Notes under the pieces: generated by a model
Told to the model about the DNA's origin: nothing
Database searches by the model: none
What the model saw: the letters and a program-made list of their open reading frames with translations, nothing else
Assembly (NCBI GenBank): GCA_030668825.1
Contig: DAOVET010000010.1
Coordinates: forward strand, 1 to 46,982
Source of the DNA: Candidatus Heimdallarchaeota archaeon
Lineage (GTDB): Archaea > Asgardarchaeota > Heimdallarchaeia > Heimdallarchaeales > Heimdallarchaeaceae
DNA: 46,982 nucleotides
Direction of reading: 5' to 3'
Made by a program: the position numbers and the translations under genes
Shown: positions 1 to 8,359 of the stretch, piece after piece
Numbering within the stretch: position 1 is the stretch's first letter
How the letters are laid out: each line of letters opens with the position of its first letter

Positions 1-93
1 AAAATTCAAGTTATCATTGGAGAAGCTAATAAAAGACATGATTTTAAAAATCAAGATTCTTCTGTTTCTAACAAAACTATATATATTCTTTAA
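1..93 (+). CDS. possible 3' end of a gene entering from the left edge
   Basis: Frame 1 is open from base 1 to TAA at 91-93 (KIQVIIGEANKRHDF...), 17 nt before the next ATG. Confidence 0.35.
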   Translation, partial: KIQVIIGEANKRHDFKNQDSSVSNKTIYIL

Positions 94-110
94 GACACTC
101 AAGGTTTGTA

Positions 111-911
111 ATGAATGATTTCGTCTCTAACAAAGTGAAAAAAGCAAAACTAATCTCTTTCTTTATTTACAAATATCATTCAAATTTATTCAGAAAAAAT
201 ATCATAAATAATAGTTCTATAAAAAATGTTTTTAGTAACAAAAGTGAACAGTTAAGTTACTTAAATGAATCTGAAGTAATAAATCTTGTAAAGGATTTAA
301 GTGAAAAGAGAAAAAAATTTCGTAAGAATCCAAAGGAAAGAACTAATATATGGAATTCTTATCGTTGGGGTGCCATTAATCTTAACATTGGTAAAGGAGT
401 ATACAGCCTGATTAGGAAATTTAAACCTGAAGTTCTTGTGGAAACTGGTGTTTGTAATGGAATCAGCTCTGCGTTTATTCTGCTTGCTTTGCACAAAAAC
501 AAAAAAGGTAGACTTTATTCTATAGATTATCCAAAAATCAAAGGTGTAAGTTATAAAAATGGTACGTTTTGGCAAGATAAAGGAGGAGCAGAGATTCCTA
601 AAGGCAAAAAACCAGGTTGGGTAATTCCCAAGAATTTGCGTGATAGATGGACACTAATTCAGGGGAAGAGTCAGGAAGAATTACCTCCCTTGATTTCGGA
701 ATTAAAGGAAATAGATTTCTTCTTACATGATAGTGATCATTCTTATGATTGTATGATGTTTGAATATGAAGAAGTATTTAATGTTTTGAAAACAAAAGGA
801 ATTCTTATTTCAGATGATATAGTTTGGAATAACTCGTTTGATGATTTCTGTAAAAAAACAAACAAAAAACCATATTACATTAGTCCTAATGTAGGTTTTC
901 TAATTAAATAA
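111..911 (+). CDS. class I SAM-dependent methyltransferase (Methyltransf_24-like)
   Basis: LVETGVCNGISS motif I, LYSID, DFFLHDSDHSY, GILISDD. Confidence 0.85.
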   Translation: MNDFVSNKVKKAKLISFFIYKYHSNLFRKNIINNSSIKNVFSNKSEQLSYLNESEVINLVKDLSEKRKKFRKNPKERTNIWNSYRWGAINLNIGKGVYSLIRKFKPEVLVETGVCNGISSAFILLALHKNKKGRLYSIDYPKIKGVSYKNGTFWQDKGGAEIPKGKKPGWVIPKNLRDRWTLIQGKSQEELPPLISELKEIDFFLHDSDHSYDCMMFEYEEVFNVLKTKGILISDDIVWNNSFDDFCKKTNKKPYYISPNVGFLIK

Positions 912-1132
912 TTGTCCTCTCTTTCATTAACTGAAATATTCCAATGTTCTTCTGGGATATCTAATTACATAAACATGCAATGGAGCTAATTATACATCAA
1001 ATATATGAAAATTATTTGAGGTAAATTTTTTTCAAACTGGTTCTTTTTTTTTATTTATTTTAACACTTTTAGGGGTGGTAATGGAATTTTTTTCAGAAAA
1101 ACTTAAACATCTCAAAGGTTAAAGTACTTGCT

Positions 1133-1807
1133 ATGTTCAAGCTTCGAGAATATGAACCTCCTTTAAGAATACAGATTACTATTAAGAATTTATTTATTTT
1201 CATGGCTTATTTCTTGACTTTGACTTTCTTCTTAGCAATAGCCTATTATCCTGAAAAATATCATTTTTTTAGTGAGCATATCAGCAATCTTGGAAGAATA
1301 GAGAGTTTTTTGGGTTCCTCTAATACAACATCAATGATAATCATAATGGTTGGTTTCAGTCTTTGTGCAGCACTTTTTCTAACTGTTACTATACTATATT
1401 TTCTTAATAGAAAACTGTACATGTGGCATGTAAAAGGAGTGCTGTCACTCATAACTACTTTTGGGATTGCATGTGATGCTATTCCTTCAGATCATCCTAA
1501 GCTTAAAGTACTTCATATAATTGGAGCATCATCATTCATTGGTGGTTTTGCAGCTTTCAATGCTTTTGTTCAAATATCTAGTTTAGTAAAGAAGAAGAAA
1601 GACAAACAGAAAGAAATTAGTAAAGTAGATACTATTTGGGATATATTCTTTTCAATAATTGTGATAGTCTTACTTATTGGATATTTCGTCATATTTGCAT
1701 TAGATACTAGTAATATTGACATCAGCTTAATTGATCCAATTTTCCAGAAAATAATTATCTTTGCTGAAATCTTAGCGCTTTATTTAATAGATAATGTGGA
1801 TATTTAG
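1133..1807 (+). CDS. DUF998/Frag1-like multi-pass membrane protein
   Basis: About 6 hydrophobic segments; ISNLG after TM1, HIIGA, late FQK. Confidence 0.6.
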   Translation: MFKLREYEPPLRIQITIKNLFIFMAYFLTLTFFLAIAYYPEKYHFFSEHISNLGRIESFLGSSNTTSMIIIMVGFSLCAALFLTVTILYFLNRKLYMWHVKGVLSLITTFGIACDAIPSDHPKLKVLHIIGASSFIGGFAAFNAFVQISSLVKKKKDKQKEISKVDTIWDIFFSIIVIVLLIGYFVIFALDTSNIDISLIDPIFQKIIIFAEILALYLIDNVDI

Positions 1808-1933
1808 GTTCTAGGATAACTCAGAGAATTCTCTCTACTAATTTATTATGTAAACTAGCTATACTCAGAAGGCTGTTCGTGTAAAATTTTCCAAAGTGAG
1901 CATTTACTTATTTATTACTAAAGAGATTTCACA

Positions 1934-1978
1934 AAACCTTTTTAATTCTAGAATAGTACATTCATTTTGGTGCACTCA
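1934..1978 (+). promoter_or_regulatory. archaeal BRE/TATA-type promoter and leader, duplicated at 2571-2615
   Basis: AAACCTTTTTAA starts 45 nt before the ATG and TTTTGGTGCACT lies just before the ATG in both copies, with identical spacing. Confidence 0.6.
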
Positions 1979-2530
1979 ATGAAAAAAAAATATTTGAGTA
2001 TATTATTTGCATTAATAATACTCATCTTCTTACCTACTCAAATTTTAGCAGATTCTACTACATTAACCGAAACAGAGACTGATGGGACTGAATATACTAT
2101 GTCTGCTAGTTTTCCAAATGTTTACACTATTAGTACTTTGTTTGAATTTGATTTAAAATTGACAGCTGATGTGTTTGGAACATTAGATGTTGTTATTGTG
2201 GCTTTCTATGATATAAAAATAGATGTTTCACTCTCAGGGGATATATACTTTGCTGAACAAAATACAACTCTCCCAGATATAAATACTGAAGGTGGGAGTA
2301 GCTCTACAACCTTTACATTTAATCTATCAGATATAACAGATGATTATTTTTATATTATGACACAATGGACATTCAAAGGAAATAATACACAAGGTGAAGA
2401 TCCAGATGGTTATGGAGCGATTTGGGGAATTGGTAGAGTAAGAGTAAAAGAAGCAAATGCTAGCATTATTGTTCCAATTCTAGCGGTTCTAAGCATAGCG
2501 ATAATTGTACTCAAGAAAAAGAAAAACTAA
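1979..2530 (+). CDS. secreted, C-terminally anchored beta-rich surface protein, paralog A
   Basis: Signal peptide MKKKYLSILF..., C-terminal TM plus KKKKN; ATG 1979 chosen by alignment with paralog B. Confidence 0.75.
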   Translation: MKKKYLSILFALIILIFLPTQILADSTTLTETETDGTEYTMSASFPNVYTISTLFEFDLKLTADVFGTLDVVIVAFYDIKIDVSLSGDIYFAEQNTTLPDINTEGGSSSTTFTFNLSDITDDYFYIMTQWTFKGNNTQGEDPDGYGAIWGIGRVRVKEANASIIVPILAVLSIAIIVLKKKKN

Positions 2531-2615
2531 ATTCATTTTCCTTTTTTTTCTAATTACTAACTTGTCCTCCAAACCTTTTTAACTTCAGAAGAAAACTTCT
2601 CTTTTGGTGCACTAA

Positions 2616-3170
2616 ATGAAGAAAAAATATTTGCATTTAATATATGCAACATTACTATTAATATTCTTGCCTACTCAGATTCTAGCTTTGCCTAAACTAT
2701 GGACAGTAGGACACGCAAATGGAACAGAATATACATTTGAAGCTGATGTTGCTTTGAAAACTTACAAAAAAGGAGATTTATTTGAAATAGGTGTAACAAT
2801 GACAGCTGATGCTTTTGGAACAACTGGTGATAATATAGTAGCTTTCTATGCTATACATATAGACGTCGAAATTAGAGGATACCCATACTTAGCATACCAA
2901 AATCTTACTCTCCCAGATATAAATACTGAAGGTGGGAGTGAATCTTGCGACTTTGCCTTAAATCTAACAGATATCGAAGACGAATATTTTGATGTTTATG
3001 TTCTCTATAATTTCATGGCAAATAATACTTCAGGCGAAGATAATTATCATTCTGGTGGTTTTAAAGCTGCTAATCAAGTAAAAGTTAAAGAAGCAAGCAT
3101 AAGCATTGTTATTCCAATTCTAGCAGTTTTAAGCGTAGTATATATTGTACATAAAAAACAGAAAAAATAA
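2616..3170 (+). CDS. secreted, C-terminally anchored surface protein, paralog B
   Basis: Colinear with paralog A (FLPTQILA, GTEYT, TADxFGT, TLPDINTEGGS, VKEA..SI..PILAVLS). Confidence 0.75.
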   Translation: MKKKYLHLIYATLLLIFLPTQILALPKLWTVGHANGTEYTFEADVALKTYKKGDLFEIGVTMTADAFGTTGDNIVAFYAIHIDVEIRGYPYLAYQNLTLPDINTEGGSESCDFALNLTDIEDEYFDVYVLYNFMANNTSGEDNYHSGGFKAANQVKVKEASISIVIPILAVLSVVYIVHKKQKK

Positions 3171-3205
3171 TCTCTTTTTTCTTTTCTTCCCTTTTCCTTA
3201 TTTTT
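3171..3205 (+). terminator. archaeal oligo-T/pyrimidine terminator tract
   Basis: TCTCTTTTTTCTTTTCTTCCCTTTTCCTTATTTTT directly after the stop; similar tracts follow 2530, 5958 and 27334. Confidence 0.5.
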
Positions 3206-3290
3206 GCAATCTGTTCAAACAAGTTACATTTTATTACAAATAAAATAAGAATCAATGAAAAAAACAGTTTTTTTGATTTTTATTCTTAAT

Positions 3291-3524
3291 TCATCTTGAG
3301 TATTTCACTTGTCTTCTTGATAAAAACCATATAATGGTTGATATTAACCAAACCAAACCAAAAATAAATGCGGCAAATACTGGAAGTAAACCCCCTAAAT
3401 CTAGATACCATACATTAAAGGCTAGAGCTGCGATAATACTAAGAATTATAAAACTTAAGCCAGAAAAAACTATTATTATTTTATTTATGGTTTTTCCACG
3501 CTTTGAATGATTTATCTCAGAAAT
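3291..3524 (-). CDS. small two-TM membrane protein (77 aa), probable ATT start; missing from the ORF track
   Basis: (M)SEINHSKRGKTINKIIIVFSGLSFIILSIIAALAFNVWYLDLGGLLPVFAAFIFGLVWLISTIIWFLSRRQVKYSR*; begins 1 nt after the upstream TGA. Confidence 0.55.
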   Translation of the reverse strand: MSEINHSKRGKTINKIIIVFSGLSFIILSIIAALAFNVWYLDLGGLLPVFAAFIFGLVWLISTIIWFLSRRQVKYSR

Positions 3525-3525
3525 T

Positions 3526-3924
3526 TCACCAACTCCCTGACAATGCTTTCATTAACCACCACATAAAAATTCCACCGCCTATGAGAACAACTACTGTGAT
3601 AACGATCATTATTGTCCAATTCCTTGTGGATCCAGGTAATTCTGCTTTTATTACATCTTTAACAACCCCAGTTCGACTCTTTGTTGTTTCAGAAAAACTT
3701 GCTCTTATCCTATATTTACTGAAGTCTTCACCACAATCACTGCAATTGTAATTATCAACGAAATTTTCTTGATTGCAATTTGGGCAGAAAAACGTATCTT
3801 GTTTTATTTGGGGAGCTTGAAAATCTGTTTTAGTTCCTCCCCTAAGATCGCTTCCACAGGCTACACAAAATTTGTACTCAGCTTGTGAAACTGTTCCACA
3901 GTTAGAACAAATAATGCGTGACAT
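3526..3924 (-). CDS. tail-anchored multi-zinc-ribbon protein
   Basis: Four CxxC motifs (CSNC, CVAC, CPNC, CSDC) and a single C-terminal TM. Confidence 0.8.
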   Translation of the reverse strand: MSRIICSNCGTVSQAEYKFCVACGSDLRGGTKTDFQAPQIKQDTFFCPNCNQENFVDNYNCSDCGEDFSKYRIRASFSETTKSRTGVVKDVIKAELPGSTRNWTIMIVITVVVLIGGGIFMWWLMKALSGSW

Positions 3925-3981
3925 ATCAAAAAGTACGAGTGAGGCTATAAATAAAAGGTTTTTGCAGATAAATGTGAAAGA

Positions 3982-4281
3982 CTAGCTATAACAACACAAA
4001 CTAAATATCATATCCAAAATACCACCTTTTTGCCCAAGAAGTTCAGTGTCTTTTCCTGCGCTTCTAGGTTCAGGTAAGGGACTTCCTGAAGGATATTTTT
4101 TCACCTTTTCTTGTGGTTCTTCTTCATTTTCTTGGACTGAATTAGTTAGCATTACTGGTAATCTTTTATCTTTATATTGAAGAATTGTATCAGCTAAATT
4201 CTCACCACAAAACGAGCAGAATTTGCCTGATGTACTATGCTGTTCTCCACATTTTGGACAGAATACATGATTTTCTGACAT
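3982..4281 (-). CDS. zinc-ribbon protein with hydrophobic CC-terminated tail (paralog of 11016-11318)
   Basis: FCPKCG...KFCSFCG, ILQYK...LPV, tail GGILDMIFSLCCYS. Confidence 0.8.
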   Translation of the reverse strand: MSENHVFCPKCGEQHSTSGKFCSFCGENLADTILQYKDKRLPVMLTNSVQENEEEPQEKVKKYPSGSPLPEPRSAGKDTELLGQKGGILDMIFSLCCYS

Positions 4282-4569
4282 AATAGTAAAACTATGTTCT
4301 TCTAGATAGAAAAACCTTGTCCTCCAAAAAGAATAGTTACATTGTCAATTAAAAGCAATAAATCTTAGATTGATTTTTTCATTTTTCATTCTAAATATAG
4401 ATTCTTCCAGGATAAAATTTCTTACTTTTCTTTTTCTTGTTTTCATTGTGATTAATATATAGCATTCATACAAAATACATAAATAGCCTTTTACTACCAT
4501 TTGATTTGAGAATTATAATTCTCTGTTAATAGAAAATAAAAAAAATTAAATTCTTTCAAGTGATAGCAA

Positions 4570-5958
4570 ATGAATAAAAATTTAATTATCATGATAAGTG
4601 GAGCTACATTAATTGTTCTAGCAACTTCAATCCCACTTGCAGTCATATTTACTGGTGAAACTATACCTCCCAAAATAAATGAATATACGCCAGAGTTTTT
4701 TGCAATAGTTTCAGGAGTAACTGAAATCTCAATTAATGCTACAGATCTTGGTGAAAATCCTTCGGGAATGGGTTCATATAAAATCTACATTGATGACGTT
4801 CTTGTCTCAAAAGAAAGCACATATGATTGGGATACTACTCAATATGAAGATGGAACAAAACATACAATTCTTATTAAAGCATTTGATAAAAAAAGAAATT
4901 TCGCAGAGATAAAATTTTGGGTTACGGTAGATAATACTGTTGATCCTCCTCCAACGGATGTTTTCAAGGTTTTGAATTATAATATCTGGGAAAGCGGGAA
5001 AGAGGATGAATACCTGGACGTTATTATGGAAGAAAATCCTGACATAGCTGTTTTGGTTGAAACTGGGGGTTTAGATGATGATAATAACTCTGTTCTGAAA
5101 TATATTTGCAATACTGTTGGTGGGTATTACTATGAACAAGCACCTTTTGAAGGTAGAGCAGATCAACTTGGCCCTACAAGTTTTTCTACGACTAATGGTG
5201 AAGCAATCATAAGTCGGTATCCAATTATAGATTTCTTCCAGATAGACACATGGAGATCAGATGCTGGCCCCGATGTAACACTTTATCGTGATTTCTTTGA
5301 TGCTGTTATAGATATCAATGGCGTGGTAACTCATATCCTTGGTTATCATGGAAAATGTTGCAGTCCAACACCTGCTACTAATACCACAGAAATGAGAGAA
5401 ACTGAAGCAGAGATTATGATTAATTATCTAGATGATTTAGGTGACGTTCCAGCAATGGTCATAGGTGATTTTAACTCACATTCACCTGAAGATGTAGGAG
5501 ATTTAGCACCTTTAGGATGGCTTGGAGACGGACCTTTGAGGATGTTCCTTTATCCAGAGGATCCAATTTATGGAATTCATTCTTCTCAGATACATAATTT
5601 TACTGATGTATTCAGAGAATTGTATCCTAACGACCCAGGATTTTCTTTTGGTTATTGGGAGCCACAATACTGGGGTAGAATTGATTACATTTTAGTTAAT
5701 GAGTTTTGGGCTGATAGGATGATCAATGCAACTGTTGGAGACACTCCTTCTGCAAACCTTGGTTCTGATCATTATTCCGTTGATGCCTTTTTCTCCTTAG
5801 ACGAAGAATATTCCTACTTCAACTGTTCAACTATAGTTGCAGAAAAGAATCCTGTTCAAGATTTGAGAAACAATGTAGTTGATTGGAAAATCAATGAACA
5901 AGTAGAACGCGTAATTGCTTTTAACAAAGAAATGATAGTTTTTTGTGAAAGAAAATAA
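4570..5958 (+). CDS. membrane-anchored EEP (endonuclease/exonuclease/phosphatase) protein with N-terminal Ig-like domain
   Basis: N-terminal TM; Ig-like YDWDTTQYEDG..HTILIKAFD; EEP motifs NYNI, LVE, GDFN, RIDYI, SDH. Confidence 0.85.
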   Translation: MNKNLIIMISGATLIVLATSIPLAVIFTGETIPPKINEYTPEFFAIVSGVTEISINATDLGENPSGMGSYKIYIDDVLVSKESTYDWDTTQYEDGTKHTILIKAFDKKRNFAEIKFWVTVDNTVDPPPTDVFKVLNYNIWESGKEDEYLDVIMEENPDIAVLVETGGLDDDNNSVLKYICNTVGGYYYEQAPFEGRADQLGPTSFSTTNGEAIISRYPIIDFFQIDTWRSDAGPDVTLYRDFFDAVIDINGVVTHILGYHGKCCSPTPATNTTEMRETEAEIMINYLDDLGDVPAMVIGDFNSHSPEDVGDLAPLGWLGDGPLRMFLYPEDPIYGIHSSQIHNFTDVFRELYPNDPGFSFGYWEPQYWGRIDYILVNEFWADRMINATVGDTPSANLGSDHYSVDAFFSLDEEYSYFNCSTIVAEKNPVQDLRNNVVDWKINEQVERVIAFNKEMIVFCERK

Positions 5959-6074
5959 ACTCATTTTCTTTTTCATTTTTTCCTTTTATTTCAATCAGTC
6001 AGAGATAAAAAGTTTCTTCACGTAGATACTAATGTTTTTAATTTTTCTTAACTGATGTTTTTTTGTTGAGTATC

Positions 6075-7103
6075 ATGAAAATAGGTCTATTAACAGGTGG
6101 AGGAGATTGCCCTGGTTTAAATGCTGTTATCAGAGCTGTAGGTAGGAAAGGGGTAGACTATTACAGTTATGAATTCATCGGAATAAAAAATGGATGGGCT
6201 GGTCTCATGGCTCTAGATTACATAGAGATGGAAAGAAAAGATTTTTCAGGCATCTTACACCTTGGAGGAACTATTCTTGGATCATCTAGAACTAATCCTG
6301 AGAAAGAAGAAGGGGGATATGACTTAGCTGTAAGAAATTTCAAGGAATTAAATCTTGATGCACTTGTAGTAATTGGAGGAGATGATACATTAAGTGTTGC
6401 TCAAAAATTACACGAGAGAGGTATACCCATAGTAGGGGTTCCTAAGACTATTGATAATGATATTTGTGCAACTGACATGACTTTTGGATTCGATACAGCT
6501 GTATCTATAGCTACAGAAGCAATCGATAGATTACATACGACAGCTGAGTCACATCATAGATGTATGGTCGTAGAAGTAATGGGTCGACACACAGGATGGA
6601 TTGCAACATATGCGGGAATAGCTGGAGGAGCTGATATAGTACTCATTCCTGAAGAAGCGTTTGATATGAATGATGTAATTGACAAAATACAAAAAAGAAT
6701 GAACAGAGGAAAATTCTTCTCCATTGTAGTAGTAGCTGAAGGATATCAACTCAAAGAAGAGGGATGGGAAATACAAACTAAAGAGAAAGATAATTTTGGA
6801 AATATTCGTCTAGGGGGTATAGGGGATCTCGTCGCAAGAGAGATAGAAAAACGTCTAGGAATTGAATCAAGAGCTGTAGTTCTAGGACATGTTCAACGTG
6901 GAGGAACTCCCACTGCATATGACAGAATCTTAGGAACTAAGTATGGTATAGCAGCTGTTGACTTGGTTCATGAAGGAAAGTTTGGTATGATGACCTCTCT
7001 TCAAGGTACTAAGATAAGAGCTGTAACAATTGAAGAGGGAGTCAAAGAATCTAAAACTGTTGATAAAGAAACCTACGAAATTGCCAAAGTGTTTTTTGGA
7101 TAA
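6075..7103 (+). CDS. pfkA: PfkA-family 6-phosphofructokinase, probably PPi-dependent
   Basis: TGGGDCPGLN, GGTILGSSR, GGDDT, PKTIDND, VMGR, GHVQRGG; ATG 6075 preferred to TTG 6063. Confidence 0.92.
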   Translation: MKIGLLTGGGDCPGLNAVIRAVGRKGVDYYSYEFIGIKNGWAGLMALDYIEMERKDFSGILHLGGTILGSSRTNPEKEEGGYDLAVRNFKELNLDALVVIGGDDTLSVAQKLHERGIPIVGVPKTIDNDICATDMTFGFDTAVSIATEAIDRLHTTAESHHRCMVVEVMGRHTGWIATYAGIAGGADIVLIPEEAFDMNDVIDKIQKRMNRGKFFSIVVVAEGYQLKEEGWEIQTKEKDNFGNIRLGGIGDLVAREIEKRLGIESRAVVLGHVQRGGTPTAYDRILGTKYGIAAVDLVHEGKFGMMTSLQGTKIRAVTIEEGVKESKTVDKETYEIAKVFFG

Positions 7104-7164
7104 TTAATCTGGTACAAATAAACTATCTATCTATAATAATAAAAAAAAGAAGCAAAGATTATGA

Positions 7165-7320
7165 CTAATCTTTTTGTAAAAATGCATATAATGCAAAACT
7201 TTCTTGATCACAGTTAATAACTTTCCAACCAGAGTCGAGAGATGATTGTACCTCATTTTCAAATGCTTACATAAATTCTGCTATTGTAATATAACCTGTT
7301 TTTGTATATTTTTTTGGTAT
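7165..7320 (-). pseudogene. possible remnant of a small protein
   Basis: IPKKYTKTGYITIAEFM*AFENEVQSSLDSGWKVINCDQESFALYAFLQKD*; protein-like, with an internal stop and no start. Confidence 0.25.
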
Positions 7321-7349
7321 TTAAATAGGGTAGTGTAATTTATACCTTG

Positions 7350-7550
7350 AAGGATTATAGCTATGCACCAGTACTATGGTGGTCCTTGGGGCTATATCCA
7401 ACGAACTTCCAAAAGCGAACCGTAAGCATCTTAGTAAGAAGATGTGGGCGGTGTAGGAGGGGATGTGGCGTCCCCATGATGTGCTTCAGGCACTTCTAAA
7501 GAATTTGTAAAAAATTCATGTCATATCTTGTTGGTCTTTGGTTAACCATT
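7350..7550 (+). ncRNA. stand-alone TnpB omegaRNA-like structured RNA, no tnpB ORF
   Basis: GC-rich island; 7411-7475 aligns ungapped with the 3' ends of both tnpB loci (41/65 and 42/65 identical by hand count) with compensatory changes in three stems; TTTAAATA at 7320-7327; ends approximate. Confidence 0.8.
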
Positions 7551-7731
7551 CTAATTACTTTAAATTTAGTCATGACAGTAAGAATTTTGAAGTTCTATAA
7601 ATCTTTATGCAAATCTCAAAAGGGATCCAAGATGAACATGATTTGTGTTTATTGAAAAAAAATACCAAGTAAATTTTGGTATAGTAAAATTGTTTGGATA
7701 GATAAATAAAGTACAAATGTAAGAAGGGTTT

Positions 7732-8352
7732 ATGGAAGAACTCTTATCTAGTTTAGTTTCAGTGAGAAAAGTGGATATTGGAAAAGCAGCAGAAACGCTT
7801 ACTTTAGCTTTCATGGATGATCCATTAAGTAATACTGTTTTCCAAGAAGAAGCTACCAGGTTTCAAAATCTACTAACCTATTTTCAATTTCGGATTAAGT
7901 ATGGTTTAAAGTATGGAGAAGTATATTCCACATCTAACGATTTTGAGGGAGTTGCTATTTGGTTACCTGGTAAGAAAGCTCATGTAAGCAATTGGAGAGG
8001 GATGCTCTCAGGTGGAATGAAACTTTATCGTGAAATAGGTAGAGAGATTATAACTAAATTTAATGAAATAAACCATTATACAACTGATTTTAGAAATTCT
8101 ATCATACAACCACCATATCATCAATTATCCCCTATAGGAGTAATTCCAGAAATGCAAGGTAAAGGATTCGGAAGCAAATTACTTAAACCAATGTTTGAAC
8201 GATTTGATGATAAAAAAATTATCTGTTTTCTTGAAACCCAAACTAAAACGAACATACCAATGTATCAGAAATATGGGTTTGAAGTTGTAAAAGAAGGAAA
8301 AATTACTAATACAAACCTACAACATTGGGGAATGAAACGAGAACCAAAATAG
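7732..8352 (+). CDS. GNAT family N-acetyltransferase
   Basis: AFMDDP, GVAIW, IGVIPEMQGKGFGSKLL, LETQ..NIPMYQKYGF. Confidence 0.9.
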   Translation: MEELLSSLVSVRKVDIGKAAETLTLAFMDDPLSNTVFQEEATRFQNLLTYFQFRIKYGLKYGEVYSTSNDFEGVAIWLPGKKAHVSNWRGMLSGGMKLYREIGREIITKFNEINHYTTDFRNSIIQPPYHQLSPIGVIPEMQGKGFGSKLLKPMFERFDDKKIICFLETQTKTNIPMYQKYGFEVVKEGKITNTNLQHWGMKREPK

Positions 8353-8359
8353 GAAGAGA

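Noticed and set aside
7347-7499. 50-aa Cys/Arg-rich ORF (…RRCGRCRRGCG…) and the 20-aa ORF at 7363
   Set aside because: Composition follows from the G-rich RNA stems; nothing supports coding.
7350-7500. GC-rich island as 5S rRNA, tRNA, SRP/RNase P RNA or group II intron domain V
   Set aside because: No cloverleaf or hallmark motifs; only a short TACGGTTCG match on the minus strand. The ungapped covarying match to the tnpB 3' ends explains it better.
7541-7559. Orphan putative guide resembles 44427-44444 upstream of the intact tnpB (GTTAACCAT...TAAT.ACT)
   Set aside because: Needs a gap and two mismatches, the 9-mer also occurs near 12499 and 30726, and the guide boundary is uncertain. No convincing target for any guide was seen in the window.
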